A stretch of 64,000 nt of DNA from NCBI GenBank assembly GCA_965248355.1, contig OZ252098.1, positions 192,001 through 256,000 of the forward strand, given 5' to 3'. Both the position numbers and the translations under genes were made by a program. This stretch comes from Candidatus Latescibacterota bacterium (GTDB taxonomy: Bacteria; Latescibacterota; UBA2968; UBA8231). The first letter of the stretch is position 1. Each line of letters starts with the position of its first letter. This document shows positions 1 through 10,141 of the stretch, one piece after another. Below the pieces are notes generated by a model, which did not search any database, was not told the origin of the DNA, and was given only the letters and a program-made list of their open reading frames with translations.

Positions 1-116
1 CGGCCACGCGCACGGGTCTGTCTGCGTTCACGGCGGGCTCCTCGGTGTCTTGGTGGTGCGTTGACTCAAACCGTATGGCTCCGTCCGGTGGTTTCACAAA
101 CAGCCGGCAACCGGGA

Positions 117-1055
117 TCAGGCCGGCGGCGGGCGGTCGTCCTGGGCGCCCAGGACGCTGAGCATCGAGCCGATGACGACCACGGCCGCCCCGCCCAGGCT
201 GGTGGCCCCGAGGCGCTCCGGCTCGAGCAGGTCCGGTCTCACTCTCGACAGCAGCTGCACGTTGGCCAGGACGAACAGCGGCGTGAGGGCGATGATCATG
301 CCGATCCGGGAGGCTTCGACGCGGGCCAGGGCGGCGGCGAAGCCGAGGTAGGACAGGACGGCCATCACCCCGGTGCTGACCAGCAGCGCGAGCATGGGCC
401 CTTCGAGGGCCAGGACCGCCGAGGGCGTGGCCATGGGGGTCAGCAGGACGGCGCCGGTCAGGTAGACGCACAGCAGCACGGCGTCGGAGCGCAGGTAGAG
501 GAGCAGCTGCTTCTGCCCCAGCATGTAGAACCCCCACAGCAGGGCGGCCGCGGCGATGAGCAGCACCCCCGTGCCCTGGTCGTCCACGTCGGCCATGAGC
601 GGGCCCAGACGGGGACTGAAGAACAGGCCGAGGCCGGCCAGGAGGATGGCGACGCCGAGCCACTGCAGCCGCTGGAAGCGCTCGCCGAAGCACACCATGC
701 CGCCGAGGAGCATGAACACCGGCGACAGCTGGATGACGATCTGCGCGGTTCCCGGCGAGATGAACTCCAACCCCTTCTGGAAGGTGAGGTGGTTTCCGGT
801 GAGGCCCGCCACCGTCAGGATCAGCAGGACCAGGGGCAGGCCGCGCAGCCGGGCGGCGTCTCTCAGGACCCCGGGCAGGGCCAGGGGCATCAGCAGGAGA
901 CCCGCGGTGAGGAACCGGAACCAGGTCAGGGTGACCACGTCCACGTGGCGCAGGAGGATCTTCAGCGCTACCGGGAGGGTGCCCCAGATCCAGGCGGTGA
1001 ACAGGCCCAGGGCCAGTCCCAGGACGACGCTTCCGGAGGGGCGGTGCAGCTCCAT
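117..1055 (-). CDS. EamA/DMT family drug/metabolite transporter
   Basis: 312 aa with about 10 hydrophobic segments in two repeats; motifs AWIWGT, TWFRF, GERF, ALTPLF typical of EamA. Confidence 0.9.
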   Translation of the reverse strand: MELHRPSGSVVLGLALGLFTAWIWGTLPVALKILLRHVDVVTLTWFRFLTAGLLLMPLALPGVLRDAARLRGLPLVLLILTVAGLTGNHLTFQKGLEFISPGTAQIVIQLSPVFMLLGGMVCFGERFQRLQWLGVAILLAGLGLFFSPRLGPLMADVDDQGTGVLLIAAAALLWGFYMLGQKQLLLYLRSDAVLLCVYLTGAVLLTPMATPSAVLALEGPMLALLVSTGVMAVLSYLGFAAALARVEASRIGMIIALTPLFVLANVQLLSRVRPDLLEPERLGATSLGGAAVVVIGSMLSVLGAQDDRPPPA

Positions 1056-1277
1056 GTCGGTGATGGCTTCCTGTCGGGTGACCGCCGGCGGACCCCGCCG
1101 GTCGCCTCGGGCCGCGCGCGGTTCTTGCCCCTTGCCGGGGCATCATCGAGATTGCGCCGCTCTCGTCGACCAAATGGTAGGCGCCTCCGGCCTGGCGGGC
1201 ACCCGTTGCCGCGCGGTCGAGCCGCCGGGTGACGGGAAGGCGGACGGAAAGCGCAACCAAGGGAGGAGGGGGAGCGC

Positions 1278-2207
1278 ATGGAACTGGAGCGATTCGAGGG
1301 GCTCTTTCCGGCGGCGATCACGCCGATGGACAAGGAGGGAGACCTCGACGAGGCCGCCCTGGAGAAGGTGCTGGAGTTCAACATGCAGGCGGGCGTGCAG
1401 GGGTTCTGGCTGGCCGGCGGCACCGGCGAGAGCGTGCTGCTCGACGACGAGGAGAACATGCGCGTCGCCTCCCTCGCCGTGGACCGGACGGCGGGGAGGG
1501 CGGCGACCATCATGCACGTGGGCACGCCCACCACGCGCCGCTCCGTGCGCCTGGCCGAGCACGCGGCCGGGGCCGGCGCCGACGCCATCTGCTGCGTGCC
1601 CCCGTTCTACTACTCCCGTTCCGACGACGAGATCGTCGAGCACTACAGGGCGGTGGCCGACGCCGCGGGCCTGCCTCTCTTCCTCTACAACCTGCCGGGC
1701 ATGACGGGCGTGGAGATCACCCTCGACCTGGTGCGCCGGATCCGGGACGGGGTGCCGCAGCTGGCCGGCCTCAAGCATTCCTCGTCCAATCAGCCCGTGG
1801 TGCACGACTTCGCGCAGATGGGCCTGCGCTGCTTCATCGGCAACAGTATGTCCATGTTGCCGGCCATGGCCATCGGCGCCGTGGGCTGCGTCGACGGCCC
1901 GCCGCTGATCGACCCGGCGACGTGGCTGGAGATCCGGGACGCCTACCGCCACCGAGACCTCCCCCGGGCCGAGGCCGCTCAGCGCCGCGCCCGGGAGGTG
2001 GTGCGGGCGGTCTTCGACCTGGGAGGTGAGCGCTACATCGCCTCGATCAAGGCGGTCATGTCCCACCGTCTGGGGGTTGAGTGCGGGGACCCGAGGCCGC
2101 CGGCTCGGCCCTTGACCGATGAGGAGCGCCGCCGTGTGGTGGAGACCGCCGAGTCCCTGGGCCTGGGTCGGGTGCGGCTCCAGGCGGGCGGCGTCTCGCA
2201 GGACTGA
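1278..2207 (+). CDS. Dihydrodipicolinate synthase / N-acetylneuraminate lyase family aldolase
   Basis: PAAITP, GGTGE, PPFY, LYNLP (catalytic Tyr), GLKHSS (Schiff-base Lys); RBS GGAGGAGG upstream. Confidence 0.9.
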   Translation: MELERFEGLFPAAITPMDKEGDLDEAALEKVLEFNMQAGVQGFWLAGGTGESVLLDDEENMRVASLAVDRTAGRAATIMHVGTPTTRRSVRLAEHAAGAGADAICCVPPFYYSRSDDEIVEHYRAVADAAGLPLFLYNLPGMTGVEITLDLVRRIRDGVPQLAGLKHSSSNQPVVHDFAQMGLRCFIGNSMSMLPAMAIGAVGCVDGPPLIDPATWLEIRDAYRHRDLPRAEAAQRRAREVVRAVFDLGGERYIASIKAVMSHRLGVECGDPRPPARPLTDEERRRVVETAESLGLGRVRLQAGGVSQD

Positions 2208-2252
2208 GCCGTCCGGCGAGGGTTGGACGCGTCCGCCGCCGCGGGCCAGGCG

Positions 2253-3650
2253 CTACTGGAAGAGGAGGAACCCGAACTCGTCGGGGGCGTGGCCGCTTCC
2301 GGCGAAGGTGCGGACCCACTGGCTGTACTCGGCGCCGCGGTGGGTCCGCACGAAGTTCGCTCCCCAGGCGTCTCCAGACCGGGGACGCGGCAGCCAGGGC
2401 TCGCCGAACCGCAGGACGACCTCCACCGACCACGCGTCGTCACTCACGAAGGCCCCGACCTCGGCGTCGGCGTCCCAGGTCTTGTCCTTGCTCGGCAAGC
2501 CGTCCGAATGCCAGGCGTCGGAGCGCACGCCGAGGCTGTTGATGCCCATGTGGACGTAGCTGCGGTGGTCGAGGGTGGCGTCGAGGAAGATCTCGAGAAC
2601 GTCCTCCCACCAGATCTCCCCGTCTTCCTCGTGGGTCCTCACCACGAGGCTGTCGGGGCTCGAGTCGTATCCGACGAACCCCATGAAGAGGGCTTCGTCG
2701 CTCCAGGCGAGGAGGATCTCCGACGCTACCGGCGAGGGGAACGCCGCCCGGTGGGCGAAGACGAAGACGTAGAAGTGGCTGGCGGAGGCCGCCGCCGACC
2801 ACAGGGGCTCGTCGAGGCGTCCATCGGCGACCGGGGTTCCCGATACGCGGGGCACGTCGAGGAGCATGCCGTTGCGGCGCAGCATCCGCAGGCCCCGGTC
2901 GCGGCGGCCGGCGTCGAAGTGCATCCGGGAGAGGCGATAGGCTGCGTAGCGGCTGTCGGGCACCAGCTCGAGGGCGGCCGTGTACAGGGACTCGGCGGCG
3001 GCCGGCTGGGCCTGGATCTCCAGGGCCCGCCCCTCGTCGACGAGGTCGGCGGCGCGGTTCTCCAGAAGGATGCGGGCCTCGAGCGCCACCTCCTCGTGGG
3101 GATGGCCGCTGAGCTCCACCACCTTCCCGAACCGCTGTTCCACCTGTTCCGGACTCATGCGGCCCTCGAGGGCCGCCAGTGCGATCAGGGATTGGAGCAC
3201 GACCTCCCCGGAGTCGTCCGTCAGCCCGGATTCGAGGAGAGGATCGAGAAAGGCGGGCCGGCGGTGAAGACCGGCCGACCGGGCGATGCGCGCCCTCACC
3301 TCCGGGTCGGGGTCGCTGGCGAGGTGCTCCCTGAGAGCCTCCTCGATGCGCGGGTCGTCGACGCGCAGATTCAGGCTGGCCAGCACGTCGACCACGTCGA
3401 GGCGGACGGCGGACCTCCCGGGGTCTTCGAGAGCGCTGAGCAGGGGCTCCACGGAGCGGTCCTTGGCCAGCAGCAACTCCTGGCGGGCCTCTTCGTGCCG
3501 GGAAGGATCGCCGAGGTCGTCCACCGCCCGGTCGGTGGCCGAGTCGCAGGCCGCGAGAAGCAGCGGCAGGAGGAGGACGGCCGCAGACCGCGGGAAGGCC
3601 CCTCGGCGAGGCCCCGTAGAGGAAGCGGTGCGTCGAAGGAGAGCAGGCAT
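2253..3650 (-). CDS. Lipoprotein with HEAT repeats, a TPR-like segment and a C-terminal CBM9/DOMON-like sugar-binding domain
   Basis: Lipobox LLAAC; HEAT-like DPDPEVRARIARS; C-terminal PVADGRLDEPLW...EDVLEIFLD...WSVEV...WGANFVR resembles CBM9-like domains; start taken at ATG 3650. Confidence 0.7.
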   Translation of the reverse strand: MPALLRRTASSTGPRRGAFPRSAAVLLLPLLLAACDSATDRAVDDLGDPSRHEEARQELLLAKDRSVEPLLSALEDPGRSAVRLDVVDVLASLNLRVDDPRIEEALREHLASDPDPEVRARIARSAGLHRRPAFLDPLLESGLTDDSGEVVLQSLIALAALEGRMSPEQVEQRFGKVVELSGHPHEEVALEARILLENRAADLVDEGRALEIQAQPAAAESLYTAALELVPDSRYAAYRLSRMHFDAGRRDRGLRMLRRNGMLLDVPRVSGTPVADGRLDEPLWSAAASASHFYVFVFAHRAAFPSPVASEILLAWSDEALFMGFVGYDSSPDSLVVRTHEEDGEIWWEDVLEIFLDATLDHRSYVHMGINSLGVRSDAWHSDGLPSKDKTWDADAEVGAFVSDDAWSVEVVLRFGEPWLPRPRSGDAWGANFVRTHRGAEYSQWVRTFAGSGHAPDEFGFLLFQ

Positions 3651-3864
3651 CCCGGCAATCTGTTGATCCGTTCGCGTTTCTGTGCTTCGATCGGTCAAGG
3701 AAGCGCTCCTCACCGGGCCCACCGGCGGATTCTCGAGGCTGTGAAACGGCGGTCAATGCTAACGTCTGGAGGAACCTGTTCCCGGGCAAGGGCCCGGGCG
3801 CAATCCTTCGCAGGACCTCCCGGCGGAGGCGCGATCGTCAGAGTCCGGCACCGCTCTTCGCGAT

Positions 3865-5019
3865 TCACCCGCCGCCAGCGGGACCTTTGCCCTCCTCCAC
3901 CTCCCGCCAACGCCTGCGGATCTGCGCCGGCGACGCCGTGCCGGTGGTGCCGACCTGCTGCACAGTGATCGAGGCTGCGAGGCTGGCCACCAGGGCCGCC
4001 TCCACCGGTGAGGCCCCGGCGGCCATGCACGACGCCAGGGCGGCGGTGCTGCTGTCGCCCGCGCCCACCGGGTCGACGGGGATTCCGGAGACGGGGAAGC
4101 CGCTCACGTGGTGAACCGGCCCCTCTGGAACGGCCACGACGAGGCCCCGCTCGGCCAGCGTGAGAAAGACCGGTCGCTTCCTCGCCGCCAGCCGCCGGGC
4201 CTGGGTCGCCGCCGCCCCGATCGAACGCGCCGGCGGCAGGCCGAGGGCGGCCGCGGCCTCGTGGTGATTCGGCTTGATCGGCAGACGTCCGAAGCGGTGG
4301 ATGCGCCGGCGGGAATCGGCCAGGACCACCATCTCCGGACGCCTCCGGGCCAGGTCCTCCAGGCAGGAGCGCAGTCTCGAGGTGATCACGCCGCAGCCCG
4401 CCTCCGGGACCTGATCGACGACGACGAGGGCGTCCCATTCGCCGGCGCCGCGCAGATATCCGATCAGCCGGTCCAGGACCGCCTTCGGGGTTCGCCGGCG
4501 GTTCCGGATGTCGAGGCGCTGCAGCTCCCCGCCGAGGACGAGCCGGCCTCCGTCCCGGCGCACGCAGCAGAGCTTGCCGTAGGTCGGCGTGCGCCGCCGG
4601 GCCACGGTGAGGAAGCCGGCCATCTCGAGGCCGAGGCCCTCCAGGGCGCGCCTCAGCTCCCAGCCCTCCCCATCCTCGCCACAGAAGCCGACGGCGTGCA
4701 CGCGGCCGGCGCCCAGGGCGGCGAGGTTGGCGGCGACGGCGCCGGCGGCGCCCGCCTGCCGGCGGGTGCGCACCACCTGGTAGCAGGTGGCGCCCGTCTC
4801 CAGAGAGGCTTCGTCGAGGTGCCGGTCGCAGTCGTAGTAGGCGTCGAGGAAGAAGTCGCCCACGACGGCGATCCGGAGGCCGCGGAGCCGTCGCAGCAAC
4901 TCGTCGAGCCGCCGGCGGGAGAGGGCGGTGCTCAGCCTGGCGCCGTGCCGGGGGACCCGGGGAGGGCGTGCGATGGCCGATGGCGGGGAACCGGGCCTGC
5001 CTCGGGCAGTCACTGCCAT
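3865..5019 (-). CDS. PfkB-family carbohydrate kinase (RfaE/HldE domain I-like)
   Basis: VVGDFFLDAY, GAAGAVAANL, KPNHHEA, DPVGAGDS PfkB signature; true start probably downstream of 5019. Confidence 0.85.
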   Translation of the reverse strand: MAVTARGRPGSPPSAIARPPRVPRHGARLSTALSRRRLDELLRRLRGLRIAVVGDFFLDAYYDCDRHLDEASLETGATCYQVVRTRRQAGAAGAVAANLAALGAGRVHAVGFCGEDGEGWELRRALEGLGLEMAGFLTVARRRTPTYGKLCCVRRDGGRLVLGGELQRLDIRNRRRTPKAVLDRLIGYLRGAGEWDALVVVDQVPEAGCGVITSRLRSCLEDLARRRPEMVVLADSRRRIHRFGRLPIKPNHHEAAAALGLPPARSIGAAATQARRLAARKRPVFLTLAERGLVVAVPEGPVHHVSGFPVSGIPVDPVGAGDSSTAALASCMAAGASPVEAALVASLAASITVQQVGTTGTASPAQIRRRWREVEEGKGPAGGG

Positions 5020-5142
5020 GTCGGAGTCACGCGGCTTCGAGAGCCGTCCGGGGAGGGGCTGGAGCCGGCCTCGGGCGGCCTTGCTGCAATCATGAACCCC
5101 GGCCTAGATTGCTGCAAGTCAGCCCCTTCCAAGAGGTCTCCG

Positions 5143-6015
5143 ATGGCGATCGACAAAGCCGTGCTGCCCGTGGCCGGCATGGGGACTCGCCTGCTGCCGG
5201 CGACCAAGTCCCAGCCGAAAGAGATGCTGCCCGTAGGCTACAAGCCGGTGGTCCAGTACGTGGTGGAGGAGATGATCGGGCAGGGCATCGGCAAGTTCCT
5301 GTTCGTCACGGGGCGCAAGAAGCGCTCCATCGAGGATCACTTCGACGACGATCCGGAGCTCGAAGCGCGCCTCGGGGCCAGGGAAGAGATCGGCCAGGTC
5401 GACTACGACCGGGAGCAGGTGGAGTTCTTCTACGTCCGCCAGCGCCGCCCGCTGGGCAATGCCGATGCCGTGCGGCTGGCGGCCGAGTTCGTCGGTGACG
5501 AGTCCTTCGTCGTCGGCTTCGGCGACACGATCCTCACCTCCGCGGGCCGACCCGGGGTCGTCCGCCGCCTGGTGGACGAGCACGAGCGGTCCGGGGCCAG
5601 CGCCACCATCGCCGTCTGGGAGGTCCCCCTGGAGGAGACCTCCAAGTACGGCGTCGTGAGGCCGGCGGAGGCCCCCGCCGAGGGTGCCTTCCCGATCGAC
5701 GACATCGTGGAGAAGCCGCCCCCGGGACAGTCCCCGAGCCGTCTGGCCGTGGCCGCGCGCTACGTCTTCACCCCCCGTATCTTCGAGGCCATCGCCGCCA
5801 CCGATCCCGGCGTGAAGGGGGAGCTCTGGCTCACCGACGCGATCCACCGGCTCCTCGAATGGGGAGATGACGTTCGCTGCGTTCAGCTCGGCCCGGGCGA
5901 GCGGCGGTACGACATCGGCACGCCCCTGACCTACTACCGGGCCTTCGCCGACTTCGCTCTCGCCGACCCCGACAACGGGGCCGCCTTCGCCGAGTACCTG
6001 CGCTCCCGCCTCTGA
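5143..6015 (+). CDS. galU: UTP--glucose-1-phosphate uridylyltransferase-like nucleotidyltransferase
   Basis: KAVLPVAGMGTRLLPATKSQPKEMLP, IEDHFD, YVRQRRPLGNADAV, IVEKP, GELWLTDAI. Confidence 0.85.
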   Translation: MAIDKAVLPVAGMGTRLLPATKSQPKEMLPVGYKPVVQYVVEEMIGQGIGKFLFVTGRKKRSIEDHFDDDPELEARLGAREEIGQVDYDREQVEFFYVRQRRPLGNADAVRLAAEFVGDESFVVGFGDTILTSAGRPGVVRRLVDEHERSGASATIAVWEVPLEETSKYGVVRPAEAPAEGAFPIDDIVEKPPPGQSPSRLAVAARYVFTPRIFEAIAATDPGVKGELWLTDAIHRLLEWGDDVRCVQLGPGERRYDIGTPLTYYRAFADFALADPDNGAAFAEYLRSRL

Positions 6016-6029
6016 GAAAGGAGAGTCGG

Positions 6030-8363
6030 ATGCCATCCACGCGCCGCCTGCGGCTCGACTACGGCGAGCACGGGATCGACGTCCAGGTTCCGGCCGAAGC
6101 CCGGATCCTGGACATGGCCGATGTGCCCGCCCTGGAGGATGTCGACGCCCAGCTGGGAGAGGCCCTGAAGAACCCCATGGGAACCCCCGCCCTCGCCCGG
6201 CTGGCCCGCGGGCGCGGCAGCGCCTGCGTGGTCATCTCCGACATCACCCGGCCCGTGCCCAACGCCGTCATCCTGCCGCCGCTGCTGCGCACCCTGGAGG
6301 AGGCCGGCATCGAGCGCCGGAACATCACCATCCTCGTCGGCACCGGCCTGCACCGGCCCAACGAAGGGGAAGAGCTCGTGCGGCTCGTGGGGCCGCAGGT
6401 GGCCGCCGATTACCGGATCGAGAACCACCGGGCCCGCGACCGGGAGAGCCTCGTCCACCTCGGCCGGACTTCGGCCGGGGCGCCGATCTGGATCGACCGG
6501 CTGTACGTCGAGGCCGACCTCAAGATCGCCACCTCCCTGATCGAGCCGCACCTGATGGCGGGCTATTCCGGGGGCCGCAAGGCGGTGTGCCCCGGGATCG
6601 TGGGCGTCGACACGATGCGCGTGCTCCACGGTCCCGAGCTGATGGGGCACCCCAGGTCGGCCGAAGGCGTCATCGAAGGCAATCCCTTCCACCGTCAGGC
6701 CCTCGAGGTCGCCCTGCGGGCCGGCGTGGACTTCACCCTCAACGTGGCCATGAACCACCGCCGGGAGGTGACGGGGATCTTCGCTGGCGACCTCGAGAAG
6801 GCCCACGCCGAGGGGGTGGCCTTCGTCGAGGCCGGGGCCTCGGCATGGGTCGAGGAGCCGGTCCCCATCGTGGTCACCACGAGTGCCGGCTATCCCCTGG
6901 ACCTGACGTTCTACCAGGCGGTCAAGGGACTGACCGCGGTCCTGCCCGTGGTCGCCGAAGGGGGTACGATCGTGCTGGCGGCGCGCTGTGCCGAGGGCCT
7001 GGGGAGCCCCGAGTTCGTCGAGCTCCTCGAGGAAACGGAGAGCGCCGAGGCCTTCGAGGAGAGGCTGGGGGACCCCGGATTCTTCCGCATCGATCAATGG
7101 CAGCTCCAGGAGCTGTGCAAGGTTCTGGCCCGCGCCCGGGTGCTGCTCTGCAGCGAGGGGGTCGACGCCCGCGGCCCCCATCTGCGAGGTCTGGTGGAGG
7201 CGGCCGATTCGGTCGAGGCCGGCATCGAGAGCGCCAGGGTCCGGCACGGGTCGGAGGCGTCCGTGGCGGTCGTCCCCCGCGGGCCGTACGTCCTGGCGCG
7301 CAGCCGCAGGCCCCGCCCCGCCGCGAGGCGCAGGGCCCCCCTGGCCGCGGCCCTCTCCCTGTGCGGCCTCTACTGGAGCGCGTGCGCCAGCATGCCCGGC
7401 ATCGAGTCCGTGGTGATGATGAACGAGGACGAGGAGTCCGTCGCCGAACCGGCCGCCACGGCGCCGGCTCCGCCGCCGCCCCCGATTCCCCGGGGCAGCC
7501 CGGACTTCCTGGGACAGAAGATCCTGCTGCTGCCCTTTCTCGACAGTTCCGGATACGAGGGCGCCTGGGACATTTCCAGGGGCCTGGCCAGGACCCTCGG
7601 CGACAGCCTCACCCACAACAGCTTCTACCACATCGTCCCCGTCGACTCGGCTCTCGCCTACCTCGAGCCCGACGAGCTCCGCGGAGAGATCGGAGTCTCT
7701 CGTGCGGCGGCGGTCGGCTCCCTGCTGGGCGCGGACTGGGTGATCCTCGGCGACATCGAGGAGCTGACCATGAAGCGATTCCAGGCCACCGTGCCCCTCG
7801 GGGGATACCGCAGCTACGAGGGGATCGCCATGGTCGACCTGACCCTCGTGAACGCCATCGACGGGCGCCGGGGAGGGGAGCTGTCCACCGAGGGCGCGAT
7901 GGACAGCAAGCGCACGGGGATCACCAACCCGGCCGCCTTCATCCCTCTCGACAAGCAGTACTTTTTCCTCGACGATCTCGCCTGGAATTCGGATTCCTTC
8001 CGCGAGTCGCTCGTGGGCAAGGCCCTTGCCGCCTGGGCGAAGAACGCGGCCACCGCCATCGGCGAGCAGATCCATCCACCGCCCTCCCTCGAGGTGATGG
8101 GGCAGATCATAGTAATCGACGGCGCCGTCGCTTATATTAACCTCGGCTTGGCCGACGGCATCCGGAACGGCGACAAGTTCGCCGTCTGGGACCAGGGCCA
8201 GGAGTTGAAGGACCCCGAGACCGGCGCGGTGCTGGGCAGGAGCCTCCCGAGCCGCATCGGAATCGTTCAAGTCGAGCAGATTCTGAACGACCAACTGTCG
8301 AAGACCCGGGTTCTGGAAGGCGTCGACCGCATCCGTCCGAAGGACATGCTGCGCGCGGAATGA
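6030..8363 (+). CDS. Apparent fusion: LarA-family (nickel-pincer) racemase/epimerase domain plus CsgG/FlgT-like lipoprotein domain
   Basis: N-terminal ~420 aa has SDITRP, GTGLHR, EPHLMAGYSGGRK, YQAVKG (LarA). It is followed by an internal signal-like segment ending WSAC, a CsgG-like domain and FlgT_C-like AYINLG..DG...GDKF.V...DPETG.VLG. Confidence 0.75.
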   Translation: MPSTRRLRLDYGEHGIDVQVPAEARILDMADVPALEDVDAQLGEALKNPMGTPALARLARGRGSACVVISDITRPVPNAVILPPLLRTLEEAGIERRNITILVGTGLHRPNEGEELVRLVGPQVAADYRIENHRARDRESLVHLGRTSAGAPIWIDRLYVEADLKIATSLIEPHLMAGYSGGRKAVCPGIVGVDTMRVLHGPELMGHPRSAEGVIEGNPFHRQALEVALRAGVDFTLNVAMNHRREVTGIFAGDLEKAHAEGVAFVEAGASAWVEEPVPIVVTTSAGYPLDLTFYQAVKGLTAVLPVVAEGGTIVLAARCAEGLGSPEFVELLEETESAEAFEERLGDPGFFRIDQWQLQELCKVLARARVLLCSEGVDARGPHLRGLVEAADSVEAGIESARVRHGSEASVAVVPRGPYVLARSRRPRPAARRRAPLAAALSLCGLYWSACASMPGIESVVMMNEDEESVAEPAATAPAPPPPPIPRGSPDFLGQKILLLPFLDSSGYEGAWDISRGLARTLGDSLTHNSFYHIVPVDSALAYLEPDELRGEIGVSRAAAVGSLLGADWVILGDIEELTMKRFQATVPLGGYRSYEGIAMVDLTLVNAIDGRRGGELSTEGAMDSKRTGITNPAAFIPLDKQYFFLDDLAWNSDSFRESLVGKALAAWAKNAATAIGEQIHPPPSLEVMGQIIVIDGAVAYINLGLADGIRNGDKFAVWDQGQELKDPETGAVLGRSLPSRIGIVQVEQILNDQLSKTRVLEGVDRIRPKDMLRAE

Positions 8364-8854
8364 CGGTCCGCCGCGACACCATGCACATCCACTTGCGGCC
8401 GCTGGCCCTGGCGTTGGCTCTGATTCCGGTGGCCGGGTCGGGCGCCCCCGGCCCGGAGGCGCCCAGCCACCGGATCTACTGGTACTTCGATCCTGCGGTG
8501 GAGAGCCAGGTCGAACGTGCAACCACCATCCACCGCCTGACCCGGGATCTGCCAGAGGTGGAGTGGATCGCCGTCACGCCGCTTTCCGCGCGGGTGCCGG
8601 AGCTGCCGACCGCGGCCCTCCCGGATCTGCTCGCCGACCCGTCCAGGCCTAGGGCCGTCCTCCGTTGGCTGCGGGACCTTCCGGCCGCCGGCTCCGATCA
8701 CCTCCTGGTCGAGCGTGGGGGGGCCGCGACCTCCAGCGGACCGGGAACGACAGCCCTGCAGGTCATGGCCGAGGCGGGGTTGAGCACGGGGCCCGGACCT
8801 TCGACCGACGTCAGCATCAGCACCTGGGGCAAGGTCAAGGACCTGTTCCAGTAG
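8360..8854 (+). CDS. Secreted hypothetical protein with C-terminal TWG-x-[IV]-K tail
   Basis: ATGA overlap with upstream stop; signal peptide LRPLALALALIPVAG; ends TDVSISTWGKVKDLFQ. Confidence 0.7.
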   Translation: MTVRRDTMHIHLRPLALALALIPVAGSGAPGPEAPSHRIYWYFDPAVESQVERATTIHRLTRDLPEVEWIAVTPLSARVPELPTAALPDLLADPSRPRAVLRWLRDLPAAGSDHLLVERGGAATSSGPGTTALQVMAEAGLSTGPGPSTDVSISTWGKVKDLFQ

Positions 8855-8901
8855 GGGGCACCGCCCCTGCAAGGAGCCGCGGCTTCGCCGGGGCGCCCTA
8901 C
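8851..8901. repeat. GTAG...CTAC-bounded imperfect inverted repeat (REP-like hairpin)
   Basis: GTAGGGGGCACCG...CGGGGCGCCCTAC outer stem with internal GAGCCGCGGCTT palindrome; single copy in window. Confidence 0.35.
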
Positions 8902-8938
8902 CATTCCGGATCGAGTTCGGCATACAGGAGATGGAGAC

Positions 8939-10141
8939 GTGAGGCTCGCAGCACCCTTGATCGCCGCCTGCATCGCGTTGGCCGCATGCGGGAGCAACGA
9001 GGTCGTCATCGAGATCGAGGGTGGCGACGGGCAGTTGCTGCGGCTCGACGCCAAGGACCTGAAGATGCACCACAACCGGCTGGCCCGGTCCGGAACCTCA
9101 ACCTATGCCGATCTCAAGAGCGGCGCCTACAGCGTATCCGTCGTCGCGGGCGAGTATGTGGAGACCCGCCATCTGACGATCGACACGCCGCCGATGAGCG
9201 GCGTCGCCCGGCAGGTGGTGGAGTTCTCGATCCCCCCAGAGGCGAACCGTCCCTTCGAGCGCACCGGCACCATCCTCTACGCGTCCACGCCGATCCGGGT
9301 CAGCAACTGGGACCTGTTCACCGTCGACGTGGCCACGGGCGAAGTCCTCCAGCTCACGGACACCCGTGAATCCGAGCGCCAACCGCGGTGGTCTCCCGAC
9401 GGCCGGCAGATCGTGCTCACCATGGGCACGGTGATGACGAACATCGACGTCTGGGTGATGAATGCCGACGGCAGCGACCGCCGCCGGCTCACGGAGCACG
9501 CCGAGCGCGACCAGGGGGCGTGCTGGTCTCCCGATGGGACGCAGATCGCCTTCGTCAGCCAGCGGGAGGGCGACGTGGCCATCTACCTGATGGATGCGGA
9601 CGGCGGCAACAAGCGCAGGCTCGTCGAGGGCCGGGAGCCCGCCTGGAGCCCCGACGGCCAACGGATCGCCTTCACCTCGAGCGCCTTCGAGGGCAACGAC
9701 GAGGTCTACCTGATCAACGCCGACGGGACCGGAATGCGCCGGCTCACGGAGCACAAGAAGATCGACCAGCACCCGGCCTGGTCGCCCGACGGCCTGCGCC
9801 TTGTGATGGCCTCCGAACGCTTCGGCGGCCAGGAGTTGCTGGTGGCCGGCGGCGACCTGACCGACCAGGTCCGGGTCACAGTGGCGGAGAACACCTTCGA
9901 ACTGCGCCCGGAGTGGTCACCCGACGGCCGCGGCCTGGCCTACGCGGGAAAGATGAAGATCGGTCCCGACGGCGAGTTCGTCACCGACAAGCGGGGCCGG
10001 TCCCGCGGCACCTTCGACATCTACCTGTTGCCGGCCTCCGGTTTCGACTGGGACGACGCTCCCGAGAGACCGGTGATGCCCTCAAACCTGACCCAGACCG
10101 ACGACCGGGACGAGCGTTCGCCGAGTTGGCGAGCCTTCTGA
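8939..10141 (+). CDS. TolB-like PD40 beta-propeller lipoprotein
   Basis: GTG start with RBS GGAG; lipobox LAAC; five WSPDG repeats; ends SPSWRAF. Confidence 0.85.
   Translation: MRLAAPLIAACIALAACGSNEVVIEIEGGDGQLLRLDAKDLKMHHNRLARSGTSTYADLKSGAYSVSVVAGEYVETRHLTIDTPPMSGVARQVVEFSIPPEANRPFERTGTILYASTPIRVSNWDLFTVDVATGEVLQLTDTRESERQPRWSPDGRQIVLTMGTVMTNIDVWVMNADGSDRRRLTEHAERDQGACWSPDGTQIAFVSQREGDVAIYLMDADGGNKRRLVEGREPAWSPDGQRIAFTSSAFEGNDEVYLINADGTGMRRLTEHKKIDQHPAWSPDGLRLVMASERFGGQELLVAGGDLTDQVRVTVAENTFELRPEWSPDGRGLAYAGKMKIGPDGEFVTDKRGRSRGTFDIYLLPASGFDWDDAPERPVMPSNLTQTDDRDERSPSWRAF

Noticed and set aside
7390-8363. Flagellar locus (FlgT-like and FlgD-like domains)
   Set aside because: No flagellar structural genes are present; these domains occur widely in non-flagellar envelope proteins
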